Assembly: GCA_044350895.1 (NCBI GenBank)
Contig: JBILGT010000006.1
Span: 1-47,889, forward strand
Reading direction: 5' to 3'
From: Limisphaerales bacterium
GTDB taxonomy: Bacteria; Patescibacteriota; Microgenomatia; UBA1400; PJMF01
Length of the DNA stretch: 47,889 bases
Shown here: positions 1 through 8,295 of the stretch, piece after piece
Numbering within the stretch: position 1 is the first letter of the stretch
Layout of the letters: every line of letters begins with the position of its first letter
Made by a program: the position numbers and the translations under genes
Notes under the pieces: generated by a model
Database searches by the model: none
Told to the model about the DNA's origin: nothing
What the model saw: the letters and a program-made list of their open reading frames with translations, nothing else

Positions 1-90
1 GGTGCAAAAACATCTCACCAACACCCGAAACTTTTTGTCCGAAATGCGGCGCCGTTTTATTTCTCCGTATTCTGCTGGTTTATCAAACAT
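1..90 (-). CDS. IS1595-family transposase, N-terminal 30 aa (partial)
   Basis: ATG at 90; MFDKPAEYGEIKRRRISDKKFRVLVRCFCT matches the 'RISExKFRxLxRCF' start of IS1016-group transposases. Not in the ORF track. Confidence 0.7.
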   Translation of the reverse strand, partial: MFDKPAEYGEIKRRRISDKKFRVLVRCFCT

Positions 91-127
91 TATGCGTATT
101 GTACTACGCGTTATCTAGGCAAGCCCC
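1..127 (-). mobile_element. Left end of an IS1595-family (IS1016-like) insertion sequence; runs off the window
   Basis: Minus strand reads GGGGCTTGCCTAGATAAC (127->110), resembling IS1016-type terminal IRs (GGGGCT...TAGAT), followed by a transposase-like N-terminus. Confidence 0.75.
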
Positions 128-319
128 AAAGATATTAGAATGGATTTTTTCTTTGTAGTTACAAATTGGGAGGGTGAACCAATGATTTGTGAACAAGATA
201 AGTGTGACCACATTAGCTGGTTCCCACTCAGTAATCTTCCTGAGAATACGATTGGATATATTCAGCAAGCTCTCAAATCGATACAAGAAAATAAGAACTA
301 TTCGCAGTGGGGTTGGTAG
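128..319 (+). pseudogene. 3' remnant of a NUDIX hydrolase interrupted by the IS
   Basis: Frame 2 reads KDIRMDFFFVVTNWEGEPMICEQDKCDHISWFPLSNLPENTIGYIQQAL...SQWGW*, a typical NUDIX C-terminus. The upstream in-frame TAG (116-118) lies inside the IS end. Confidence 0.7.
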
Positions 320-682
320 TTACGCTGTCCGACACTTTTTGCAAACACCAAACAATGTAAGGTGGTGGTGATCAATTGAAAAACCAGGTACACGAACGGA
401 CTGGGTAAGTTTGCAGTTTACCGATTCAACTATTCCACAAGTTGTGCAGACCACATGATCATGATGATCACCATGGAGTTCATAACTTGCTTCACTCTCA
501 TTAAATTCGTGACGACAAATTGTGTCAGAACTGAGCAGCTTTTCTAAGCTGCGATAGACACTCGTTTTATTATAGGGAGTGCCTTTTTTTTCAAGCTGTG
601 CAAGTATCTCATGCGCAGTTAGGAGATGCTTCTTTTCAAGTAGTGCAATAATTTTTTCTGAAAGTATGTCTGGTTTTGCCAT
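320..682 (-). CDS. Fur-family (Zur-like) transcriptional regulator
   Basis: TSVYRSLEKL helix, HHDHVVCTTCG and C-terminal GVCKKC motifs. Confidence 0.9.
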   Translation of the reverse strand: MAKPDILSEKIIALLEKKHLLTAHEILAQLEKKGTPYNKTSVYRSLEKLLSSDTICRHEFNESEASYELHGDHHDHVVCTTCGIVESVNCKLTQSVRVPGFSIDHHHLTLFGVCKKCRTA

Positions 683-688
683 GAGTGT

Positions 689-697
689 ATTGTATCA
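689..697 (-). promoter_or_regulatory. Extended -10 promoter (TG-A-TACAAT) 6 nt before the fur-like ATG; probable leaderless transcript
   Basis: Minus strand TGATACAAT-acactc-ATG, with no SD. Confidence 0.55.
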
Positions 698-751
698 AAC
701 AATTGGATATACGATTTGATCTACTTGAAATTGCACAAAAGAAGCCTAAAC

Positions 752-774
752 TATATCCCTAGTGGGGGGATATA
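752..774 (+). promoter_or_regulatory. CsoR-type operator
   Basis: TATATCCC-tagtggg-GGGATATA: perfect 8-bp inverted repeat with C/G tracts, abutting the csoR ATG at 774. Confidence 0.75.
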
Positions 775-1046
775 TGGCATATAAACCAAAAGATCTACAA
801 GAGAGAATTCAGCATCGATTAAAAATTGCGCACGGTCACTTAAAAAAAGTAATGACCATGGTTGATGAAGATGCGTACTGCATTGATGTGATCAACCAGT
901 CACAAGCTGTGCAAAAAGCACTTAAGCAAATTGACGCTTTGATTTTAGAAAATCATTTAAAGGGTTGCGTTGCCACTGCAATGAATACTGGTAAAAGTGA
1001 AGAAGCCATTCAAGAAGTGATGCAAGTATTTAACAGGTCAAATTAA
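774..1046 (+). CDS. csoR: Copper-sensing repressor, CsoR/RcnR family
   Basis: RLKIAHGHL...YCIDVINQSQAV...ENHLKGC carries the Cys-His-Cys Cu(I) ligands. ATG 774 preferred over GTG 762. Confidence 0.9.
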   Translation: MAYKPKDLQERIQHRLKIAHGHLKKVMTMVDEDAYCIDVINQSQAVQKALKQIDALILENHLKGCVATAMNTGKSEEAIQEVMQVFNRSN

Positions 1047-1056
1047 TAGGTTTTTT

Positions 1057-1617
1057 ATGAAAAAAATATCAGTTACGCTCGCACTTTCACTAGCAATTGT
1101 CATATTCATTCTGGGAATGGGAACAGGGTACTACTTTACACCTGAATACAGTGCAATGAATACTCAGTCAAAAATGGATTTGGGTGCTGCTGACACACTG
1201 GTTGATCTGCGCTACTTAAATGCAATGATTTCTCATCATCGGGGAGCACTACTCCTCGCTGAACAAATTGCTACTCAAACCAGTCGCCCCGAACTCAAAC
1301 AACTTGCAACTGAGATTAGAACTAATGAGCCAAAGCTTATTGAAGAACTGTATGGCTGGAAGAAAGCCTGGTATGCAGATACTCGCTCAGTGAGAGACCC
1401 AATTGTAGCCAACCTTGGCACAACTGATGCCACAGTTGATTTGCGATTCTTGAATGCACTGATTGCACACCACGAGGCTGGTATTCGAATGACACAAGAA
1501 ATTAGAGCAAAAAGTAGTAGAACCGAAGTCCTCAACAATGCTGATGCAGTTGAGAACTTTTTACAAACCACATTGGTTAGTTTGAAACAAAATCGTGCTG
1601 AGTGGTTTTCAATTTAA
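1057..1617 (+). CDS. DUF305 (CopM-like) exported metal-binding protein
   Basis: N-terminal TM; two repeats D-L-R-[YF]-L-N-A-x-I-x-H-H. Confidence 0.8.
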   Translation: MKKISVTLALSLAIVIFILGMGTGYYFTPEYSAMNTQSKMDLGAADTLVDLRYLNAMISHHRGALLLAEQIATQTSRPELKQLATEIRTNEPKLIEELYGWKKAWYADTRSVRDPIVANLGTTDATVDLRFLNALIAHHEAGIRMTQEIRAKSSRTEVLNNADAVENFLQTTLVSLKQNRAEWFSI

Positions 1618-1627
1618 GGAAAAGCGA

Positions 1628-3904
1628 ATGCAGGAAAAGAAAACATTTGTAGTCTCAGGTATGCATTGCGCCAGTTGTAGTGCAGTAATTACCAAGCGAC
1701 TCAAAAAACTCCCCGGAGTCCAAGAGTGTGAAGTCAATTACGCAACTGAAAAAGCTGTAATAACTTTGGACAACGCCAAAAGCTCACTTTCTGAAATGAA
1801 CAAGGAAGTTGAGAAACTTGGATACAAACTCACTGATACTGTACCACCGGTAATGGAGCACACAAATTCAACGCACCTGGGTCTCGATCAAAGTAAAGCG
1901 GACAAACAAGAAGCACTTGAAAAACTTGAACAAAAAGTTCAATTTTCGCTTCCCATCACACTGCTTATTTTCTTGAGTATGGTCTGGGAAGTTCTTGCTC
2001 AGTTTGTGACAACTATCCCTCAAATTCCACTCCCGATGATGCTGGTAACTCCAACTATGCTTGTACTGGCTAGTGTGATGCTTTTTTGGATTGGAAAACC
2101 ATATCTAGATGGCGTCTCGAGATTTTTTCATCATCGAGTGGCCAACATGGATACACTTGTAGGCATAGGGACACTGACGGCTTATTTGTACAGTTCACTG
2201 ACCTTGTTACTGCCATCCCTCATGACACTTCTAGGTGTTCCAGAACACTACTATTTTGACGTGACAATTGTCGTCATTGGCTTTATTACTCTGGGCAAGT
2301 ACCTAGAAGCACGCTCAAAAATAAAAACTGGTGAGGCAATTGAAAAATTATTAGAACTACAAGCAAAAACTGCGACTGTGATTCGTGGCAAAAAGGAAGT
2401 TCAGATTCCCATTGAAGCAGTGATGATTGGTGACGAGATTGTTGTAAAACCAGGAGAGAAAATTCCTGTCGATGGAAAAATAATTGTCGGAGAAACTGCA
2501 ATCGATGAGTCACTGGTGACTGGTGAACCCATTCCACAAGATAAAAAAGTGGGGGACAAAGTAATAGGTTCCACAATCAACAAGCACGGAAGAATTATTT
2601 TTACCGCAACAAAGGTGGGTGCTGACACAATGCTGTCACAAATCATTGCGCTTGTTCAATCTGCACAAGGTTCTCGGGCCCCTATTCAAAATTTGGCAGA
2701 TAAAATTTCGGCAGTTTTTGTTCCTGTTGTTTTAGTTTTAGCAGTACTCACACTTGTAGCTTGGCTGACAGTAGGTGCTTACTTCATTGGGTTTTCCGCC
2801 GCCCTCACACTAGGACTGACTTCATTTGTGGGAATACTCGTTGTTGCATGTCCCTGTGCACTTGGGCTTGCTACACCAACAGCCATTATTGTGGGTGTCG
2901 GCAAAGGTGCTCAATCTGGGATTTTGGTGAAAAATGCGGAAAGTTTGGAAAGACTCTACAGCGTAGATTCAGTAATCTTTGATAAAACAGGAACGATCAC
3001 CAATGGTCGGCCGGTAGTGACCGACTGTGTTTCGCTTAATTCAAAACGCAGTGAAGACGAAGTTATACAACTCGCTGCAAGTGTAGAACGCAACTCAGCA
3101 CACCCGCTGGCTCAAGCAATTGTAAATAAAGCTGTTGAGCAGCAGCTTTCGTTGTGTGCTGTAACAGACTTTGTACAAACTGAAGGAATTGGAGTATCGG
3201 GAGAAGTTGCGGGAGAAAAAGTAACAGTTCGTCGTCCAGATACTGCTGAAACAGAACATCCAACAGTGAATACACTACTCCAGGCTGGTAAAACTGTAGT
3301 GGCAGTAGTACTGAGTAAAAAAACTGTCGGATTTATTGCCATGAGTGATACTGTTAAACCAGGTGCTCAAGCTGCAGTTCAACAACTACGGAAGCTTGGA
3401 ATAGCTGTGCAGATGATCACTGGTGACAATAAAAAGGCAGGTGAATATATTGCCCAACAAGTTGGCATTGATGAGGTACTTGCTGAAGTGCTTCCACATC
3501 AGAAATCAGAGGTAGTTGAGCGATTGCAAAAAGCTGGAAAGAAAGTGGCAATGGTGGGAGATGGTATTAATGATGCACCAGCATTGGCCAAAGCAGATGT
3601 TGGTATTGCAATGGGTGGTGGAACTGATGTTGCCATTGAGGCAGCGGGAATTACGCTGTTACGCAGTGATATTGAACTCGTCCCTCAGTCAATTAAACTG
3701 GCACGAGCGACTATGCACACAATTAAGCAAAACCTTTTTTGGGCATTTGCGTATAATATTGTGCTGATCCCCGTTGCGATGGGTGTACTCTACCCACTCT
3801 GGGGAATCACGCTCAGTCCTGCACTTGCTGGGGCAGCGATGGCCACTTCAAGTGTCACAGTCGTTTTGAATGCCTTGCGTTTAAAACAGAGCGTATTAAG
3901 ATGA
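1628..3904 (+). CDS. copA: Cu(I)-translocating P1B-type ATPase
   Basis: GMHCASC HMA domain, TGE, CPC, DKTGT, HP, GDGIND, YN and MxxSS motifs. ATG 1628 follows AAGGA. Confidence 0.95.
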   Translation: MQEKKTFVVSGMHCASCSAVITKRLKKLPGVQECEVNYATEKAVITLDNAKSSLSEMNKEVEKLGYKLTDTVPPVMEHTNSTHLGLDQSKADKQEALEKLEQKVQFSLPITLLIFLSMVWEVLAQFVTTIPQIPLPMMLVTPTMLVLASVMLFWIGKPYLDGVSRFFHHRVANMDTLVGIGTLTAYLYSSLTLLLPSLMTLLGVPEHYYFDVTIVVIGFITLGKYLEARSKIKTGEAIEKLLELQAKTATVIRGKKEVQIPIEAVMIGDEIVVKPGEKIPVDGKIIVGETAIDESLVTGEPIPQDKKVGDKVIGSTINKHGRIIFTATKVGADTMLSQIIALVQSAQGSRAPIQNLADKISAVFVPVVLVLAVLTLVAWLTVGAYFIGFSAALTLGLTSFVGILVVACPCALGLATPTAIIVGVGKGAQSGILVKNAESLERLYSVDSVIFDKTGTITNGRPVVTDCVSLNSKRSEDEVIQLAASVERNSAHPLAQAIVNKAVEQQLSLCAVTDFVQTEGIGVSGEVAGEKVTVRRPDTAETEHPTVNTLLQAGKTVVAVVLSKKTVGFIAMSDTVKPGAQAAVQQLRKLGIAVQMITGDNKKAGEYIAQQVGIDEVLAEVLPHQKSEVVERLQKAGKKVAMVGDGINDAPALAKADVGIAMGGGTDVAIEAAGITLLRSDIELVPQSIKLARATMHTIKQNLFWAFAYNIVLIPVAMGVLYPLWGITLSPALAGAAMATSSVTVVLNALRLKQSVLR

Positions 3905-3911
3905 AAGCTGT

Positions 3912-4925
3912 ATGAATATTTGGATAATTTTTTTGACAGGTTTAACGAGTGGTGGCATTAGCTGCGCTGCTGTCCAAGGTGGACTGTTGGCAAGTGTCAT
4001 TGCCAATCAACCAGATAAAGGTAAGCAGGTTGGTGCACGCGCCATAACCTTTTTTCTCATTGCCAAACTTGTATCACACACTGTGCTGGGCTTCTTTTTA
4101 GGTTGGATTGGATCAGCGATAACATTGAGCTTAGAAGCCCGACTTTTTTTCCAAGCTGTGGCTGCGCTTTTTATGTTTGCCACTGCGGCAAATTTACTAC
4201 AGTTACATCCTATTTTTAGATATGTTGCGTTTCAACCACCTAAGTTTTTACAAAAGCTTATCCGCTCAACAAGTAAAAATGGTGACATTTTTGCTCCAGC
4301 TTTATTGGGTTTGTTTACTATTTTTATTCCCTGTGGTGTTACGCAAGCGATGGAAGTTCTAGCAATAAGTACTGGTAGTCCACTGCAAGGTGCAGCTATC
4401 ATGGCGGCTTTTACAATTGGTACAATGCCAATATTTGCAGCACTGGGATATCTAGCTCAAGCATTGAAAGCAAGTTGGCAAGCTCGATTTACTAAAGTTG
4501 CGGCAGTCACTGTGGGAATATTGGCAGTAACGAGTCTGAATGGTGTATTAGTTGCCCTTGATGCTCCCATTACCCTCCAGCAAATTGCTCGGCCAGTTAC
4601 CTGGTTTTTTTCAGAGGAAAGATTCAAACCACGGTCAAATCTTCCCACCCTGGTGAACGGTACTCAACATGTCAAATTAGAAGTTACCAATCAGGGGTAT
4701 GCTCCAAATGTATTGACAGTACAGGCTGGAAAACCAGTTGAATTGACATTATCTAGTCATGAAACATATTCCTGCGCACTTTCCTTTGTGCTGCGTGAAT
4801 TTGGGATCTCAGTTGATCTCAAACCCACTGACACTCGCTCGATTTCATTTACCCCCAATAAAAAAGGTGACTTCACGTTTTCGTGTTCGATGGGCATGTA
4901 TTCTGGTACACTGCATGTGATTTAA
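3912..4925 (+). CDS. DsbD_2/TauE-SafE-like membrane protein with C-terminal cupredoxin-like domain
   Basis: GGISCAAVQGG and FIPCGVTQ membrane Cys pair; C-terminal CALS...FSCSMGMYSG. Confidence 0.8.
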   Translation: MNIWIIFLTGLTSGGISCAAVQGGLLASVIANQPDKGKQVGARAITFFLIAKLVSHTVLGFFLGWIGSAITLSLEARLFFQAVAALFMFATAANLLQLHPIFRYVAFQPPKFLQKLIRSTSKNGDIFAPALLGLFTIFIPCGVTQAMEVLAISTGSPLQGAAIMAAFTIGTMPIFAALGYLAQALKASWQARFTKVAAVTVGILAVTSLNGVLVALDAPITLQQIARPVTWFFSEERFKPRSNLPTLVNGTQHVKLEVTNQGYAPNVLTVQAGKPVELTLSSHETYSCALSFVLREFGISVDLKPTDTRSISFTPNKKGDFTFSCSMGMYSGTLHVI

Positions 4926-4928
4926 ACT

Positions 4929-5180
4929 ATGTTCAGCTTTTTTAAACCCAAAAATACTACTGCTACTCCAACAGAAACAACAATTTTTAAAATAAGTGGA
5001 CTGCACTGTACTAGTTGTAGTCTCAATATTGATGGGACATTGGAAGAGACGACTGGTGTTGTCAGTGCCGCAACCAGTTATGCACACTCAACTACACAAG
5101 TGACGTTTGATCCACAAAAGATTTCTTTGAAGGAAATTCAGGCAATTATTGAGGGGCTGGGGTATACTATACCTTCTTGA
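4929..5180 (+). CDS. copZ: HMA-domain copper chaperone (CopZ-like)
   Basis: ISGLHCTSC motif, 83 aa, located in the cop operon. Confidence 0.85.
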   Translation: MFSFFKPKNTTATPTETTIFKISGLHCTSCSLNIDGTLEETTGVVSAATSYAHSTTQVTFDPQKISLKEIQAIIEGLGYTIPS

Positions 5181-5203
5181 CGCGACTAAGGAGGTACGTA
5201 ACA

Positions 5204-5557
5204 ATGAGTACAGAGGAGCAGCAGAAAGAGCAACGAGCTTTTTCTCCATTTTCTATGCGAGGATTTCTTGAATTTATACGTGAACAGGGCGTTGTTGGAC
5301 TTGCCGTTGGTTTTATCATGGGTGGAGCCGTCTCAAAAGTTGTCAGTTCACTAGTCAGTGACATTATTAATCCAGTTCTGAGTATCATTCTTGGTGCAGC
5401 AGGCAATCTAAATGAGGCAACGCTCAAGGTGGGTGCTGTCGAAATGTACTGGGGCAAATTTGTCGCTGTTTTGATAGACTTTATGGTGATTGCAGCAGTT
5501 GTGTACTATAGCGTAAAACTGATGGGAATTGATAAAATAGATAAGAAAAAAAGTTAA
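5204..5557 (+). CDS. mscL: Large-conductance mechanosensitive channel
   Basis: FLEFIREQGVVGLAVGFIMGGAVSKVVSSLVSDIINP; SD AAGGAGG before ATG 5204. Confidence 0.9.
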   Translation: MSTEEQQKEQRAFSPFSMRGFLEFIREQGVVGLAVGFIMGGAVSKVVSSLVSDIINPVLSIILGAAGNLNEATLKVGAVEMYWGKFVAVLIDFMVIAAVVYYSVKLMGIDKIDKKKS

Positions 5558-5574
5558 GTAATAAGGAGTGATTT

Positions 5575-5976
5575 ATGCGTCGATTTGCAGCAATTATTAC
5601 ATTTTCTGCTTGTGCGGTTTTACTGGCAGGTTGTACTATGCCCGGTGCTCAAGCCCCGCAGCCTACTCCAACTGCAACTCCGCAAGCAACTCCAGTAGAG
5701 CAAGCACAAATGGAAAAAACAACAACTTCATATACGCTTGACCAAGTGGCTCAACACAAAACAAAAGATGATTGTTGGATGTCAATTGAAGGTAAAGTCT
5801 ATGATGTCACTCCTGTCACCAGTAGTGGAAAACACCCAGGTGGTCCTTCAATTTTACAAGGCTGTGGTACTGATGCTACCAAATTATTCATGAATCGTCC
5901 AAATGATAAAGGTCCACATCCAGAAGAGGTTAAAGCAGGACTGCAAAACTTCTTACTTGGAGATTTGGAACAATAA
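5575..5976 (+). CDS. Cytochrome b5-like heme-binding lipoprotein
   Basis: Lipobox LLAGC, P/T/Q linker, YTLDQVAQH...DCW...VYDVT...HPGG...GTDAT...H. Confidence 0.85.
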   Translation: MRRFAAIITFSACAVLLAGCTMPGAQAPQPTPTATPQATPVEQAQMEKTTTSYTLDQVAQHKTKDDCWMSIEGKVYDVTPVTSSGKHPGGPSILQGCGTDATKLFMNRPNDKGPHPEEVKAGLQNFLLGDLEQ

Positions 5977-5977
5977 A

Positions 5978-6445
5978 TTATCGACTGGCACAGGTGATAG
6001 TGATAACGTCACCTTCACGCAGTTTTGAAACAGAAGCGTAGCCATTATTTGCGGCAAGTGATTCTGCGAATGTGTGACTGCCACAGTATCGCTTGGCAAT
6101 TTCCCAAAATGTTTGGTCTTTTTTGACTTTAATTTTCATGGCTTGTGTTGGAATAGCAGCAGGTGTGGCAGATGGACTTGCTACAGCGGCTGAAGTGGCT
6201 GAACGAGCACTGTCTGCTGATACAGAAGCTTGCAAAGGAGTGAGTAACACAGTTTCTGGTTGTATACGTTGTTCAGTTGTCTGGCGTTCTGCTGGATAAG
6301 TTTTGAAAAAGATGGGTTTGAAGAATGTGTGCATCATAACCAGAACACACACTGCAGTCAGTACAGCTGCACCAACTACTGTTTCTGGACGTTTGATTAG
6401 TTCTGAATACGTATCTCGAGTAATTTTTTTTGTTTTCTTTTTCAT
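5978..6445 (-). CDS. Membrane-anchored LysM-domain protein
   Basis: Single TM, Ala/Ser linker, C-terminal IKVKKDQTFWEIAKRYCG...LREGDVITI. Confidence 0.75.
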   Translation of the reverse strand: MKKKTKKITRDTYSELIKRPETVVGAAVLTAVCVLVMMHTFFKPIFFKTYPAERQTTEQRIQPETVLLTPLQASVSADSARSATSAAVASPSATPAAIPTQAMKIKVKKDQTFWEIAKRYCGSHTFAESLAANNGYASVSKLREGDVITITCASR

Positions 6446-6454
6446 GACACTTCC

Positions 6455-6715
6455 TTATTTGGCTAAGTGAGCAATTTTGCGTGTACTTGTATGTTCAGTT
6501 TGAATAGTCTGTTTCATTCTTCCAATGAAAACTTCAACGACTGTCCAGAAAAATGTTACGACTAGTAACAGAGTCCAGACTAAAAATGCAAAGAGTCCGA
6601 TTGTGAGCCAATAAAAGCCTGAACCAACAATAAAGGTAATAAGAATTATGATTTTGCCAATAAAATTTGAAAGTATAATGGCTAATCTAGCTGGTACTGT
6701 AAGTATGTTTTTCAT
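6455..6715 (-). CDS. Hypothetical membrane protein (86 aa)
   Basis: Hydrophobic ORF; ATG 6715 lies downstream of a consensus promoter; co-oriented with the LysM gene. Confidence 0.6.
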   Translation of the reverse strand: MKNILTVPARLAIILSNFIGKIIILITFIVGSGFYWLTIGLFAFLVWTLLLVVTFFWTVVEVFIGRMKQTIQTEHTSTRKIAHLAK

Positions 6716-6734
6716 AATAATGTCAATATAATTT

Positions 6735-6763
6735 ATTATAAGATACTTTACTCGAGAAGTCAA
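6735..6763 (-). promoter_or_regulatory. Sigma70-type promoter TTGACT-N17-TATAAT
   Basis: Minus strand -35 at 6763-6758 and -10 at 6740-6735, with a 17-nt spacer. Confidence 0.75.
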
Positions 6764-6836
6764 GTCATGATGGGGAATTTACTCGAGGAAATTAAGAGAC
6801 TAGACAAGGCTAGGAGGGTATGTGTACCATACGCAT

Positions 6837-7706
6837 ATGCCTGATAAGTTTTCTGCAACCTGGGTTTCCCATACTTCTATGAGTGACTTCCTCAAGTGTC
6901 CTCGTGCCTATTTTTTAAATAATGTCTATCGTGACCCACAGAGCAATCATAAAATTCAATTGGTCAATCCATCTTTAGCGCTTGGTCAAACTGTGCATGA
7001 AGTCTTGGAATCCCTTTCTACGTTACCTACCACCGATCGTCTGAAAAAGTCACTGCTTGAGCGGTTTGAAGAGTCATGGAAAAAAGTCTCTGGCAAACGT
7101 GGTGGATTCACCAGTGAAGAGCAGGAAGCGCTCTACAAAGAGCGAGGAGCCGAGATGCTCCGACGAGTTATCGCCAATCCAGGCCCGGTGGTGCGTCTAG
7201 CGGTGAAGATCAAGGCAGACTTGCCACACTACTGGCTTTCAGAGGAAGAAAGTATCATTTTGTGTGGAAAAATTGACTGGCTTGAGTACTTACCAGAGCA
7301 AGACGCCGTCCATATTATTGACTTCAAGACAGGTAAGCGTGAAGAAGATCCCAATTCATTGCAGCTACCCATCTATCATCTGCTCGTTCATAACACACAA
7401 GCTCGAAAGGTTGCCAAAGTCAGTTACTGGTATCTAGCCAGTAGTGATGAGCCAGTTGAAAAAGAACTCCCTTCACTTGAGGTGGCTCATGATCTTGTAC
7501 TGCAAGTAGCTAAGCAAGTGCGCTTGGCACGCAAACTACAAAGATTTAAGTGCCCCAATGGTGACAAAGGCTGTTTTGCCTGTCGACCACTCGAGAAAAT
7601 CGTCAGAGGGGAAGCAGTTTTTATTGGTGAAAGTGAGTATCATCAAGATATGTACTACCTGCCAGAGGAAGATTCCGCCAAGAGCCAGGAAAGTTACTTA
7701 ATTTAG
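6837..7706 (+). CDS. PD-(D/E)XK nuclease, RecB/AddB/Cas4-like, with a probable Fe-S cluster
   Basis: LKCPRAY, GQTVHEVLE, GKIDWL...IIDFKTG, QLPIY and C-terminal C-x6-C-x2-C. Confidence 0.85.
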   Translation: MPDKFSATWVSHTSMSDFLKCPRAYFLNNVYRDPQSNHKIQLVNPSLALGQTVHEVLESLSTLPTTDRLKKSLLERFEESWKKVSGKRGGFTSEEQEALYKERGAEMLRRVIANPGPVVRLAVKIKADLPHYWLSEEESIILCGKIDWLEYLPEQDAVHIIDFKTGKREEDPNSLQLPIYHLLVHNTQARKVAKVSYWYLASSDEPVEKELPSLEVAHDLVLQVAKQVRLARKLQRFKCPNGDKGCFACRPLEKIVRGEAVFIGESEYHQDMYYLPEEDSAKSQESYLI

Positions 7707-7713
7707 GAACTCT

Positions 7714-8295
7714 ATGCCGAGTGAAACAACCACATTAAGTTTGCCAGTCCCAGATACTGCCACGCAGGTTTTCAAAGGAATAACCTTTTCAGTCTATCAG
7801 TGGCCACAAGAGTTGTATGATGGCTCAACTGCCACATTTGAGCGCATCAAACGTCCTGATTCAGCGGGTGTAATTGCTATTTCTCCAGATCACAAAATTA
7901 TTTTGACATATCAAGAACAACCGCTGCATAAACCTTTTTGGGGATTATTGGGTGGTGTGGTTGATCCAGGTGAACAGCCACTGGAAAGTGCCAAGCGGGA
8001 ACTGAAAGAAGAAGGTGGATTTGCAGCTCCAGTCTGGAAAGAATGGTTTTCATTCAGACCATCAGTGCGGATTGAGTGGACAATTCACTTGTTTATCGCC
8101 CAACAAGTTACCAAAGTAATCGAGCCACATCCTGAACCAGGTGAGAAAATTACCATTCATGAACTGACATTTGAAGAATTTTTGGAAGTGGTACAGCGGC
8201 CAGATTTTCGCGACAGTGAAGTCGCACTCGAAGTGCTAAAAGCAATGGTAAATCAACAGAAAATGACAGAACTCAAACAGCTATTTTTTGGCTAA
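7714..8295 (+). CDS. NUDIX hydrolase (ADP-ribose pyrophosphatase-like)
   Basis: Nudix box GGVVDPGEQPLESAKRELKEEGG. Confidence 0.9.
   Translation: MPSETTTLSLPVPDTATQVFKGITFSVYQWPQELYDGSTATFERIKRPDSAGVIAISPDHKIILTYQEQPLHKPFWGLLGGVVDPGEQPLESAKRELKEEGGFAAPVWKEWFSFRPSVRIEWTIHLFIAQQVTKVIEPHPEPGEKITIHELTFEEFLEVVQRPDFRDSEVALEVLKAMVNQQKMTELKQLFFG

Noticed and set aside
104-371. Track ORFs 104..286 (-) and 189..371 (+)
   Set aside because: Shadow frames over the NUDIX remnant and the fur 3' end.
6837-7706. CRISPR-Cas locus suggested by the Cas4-like nuclease
   Set aside because: No repeat-spacer array or other cas genes in the window.
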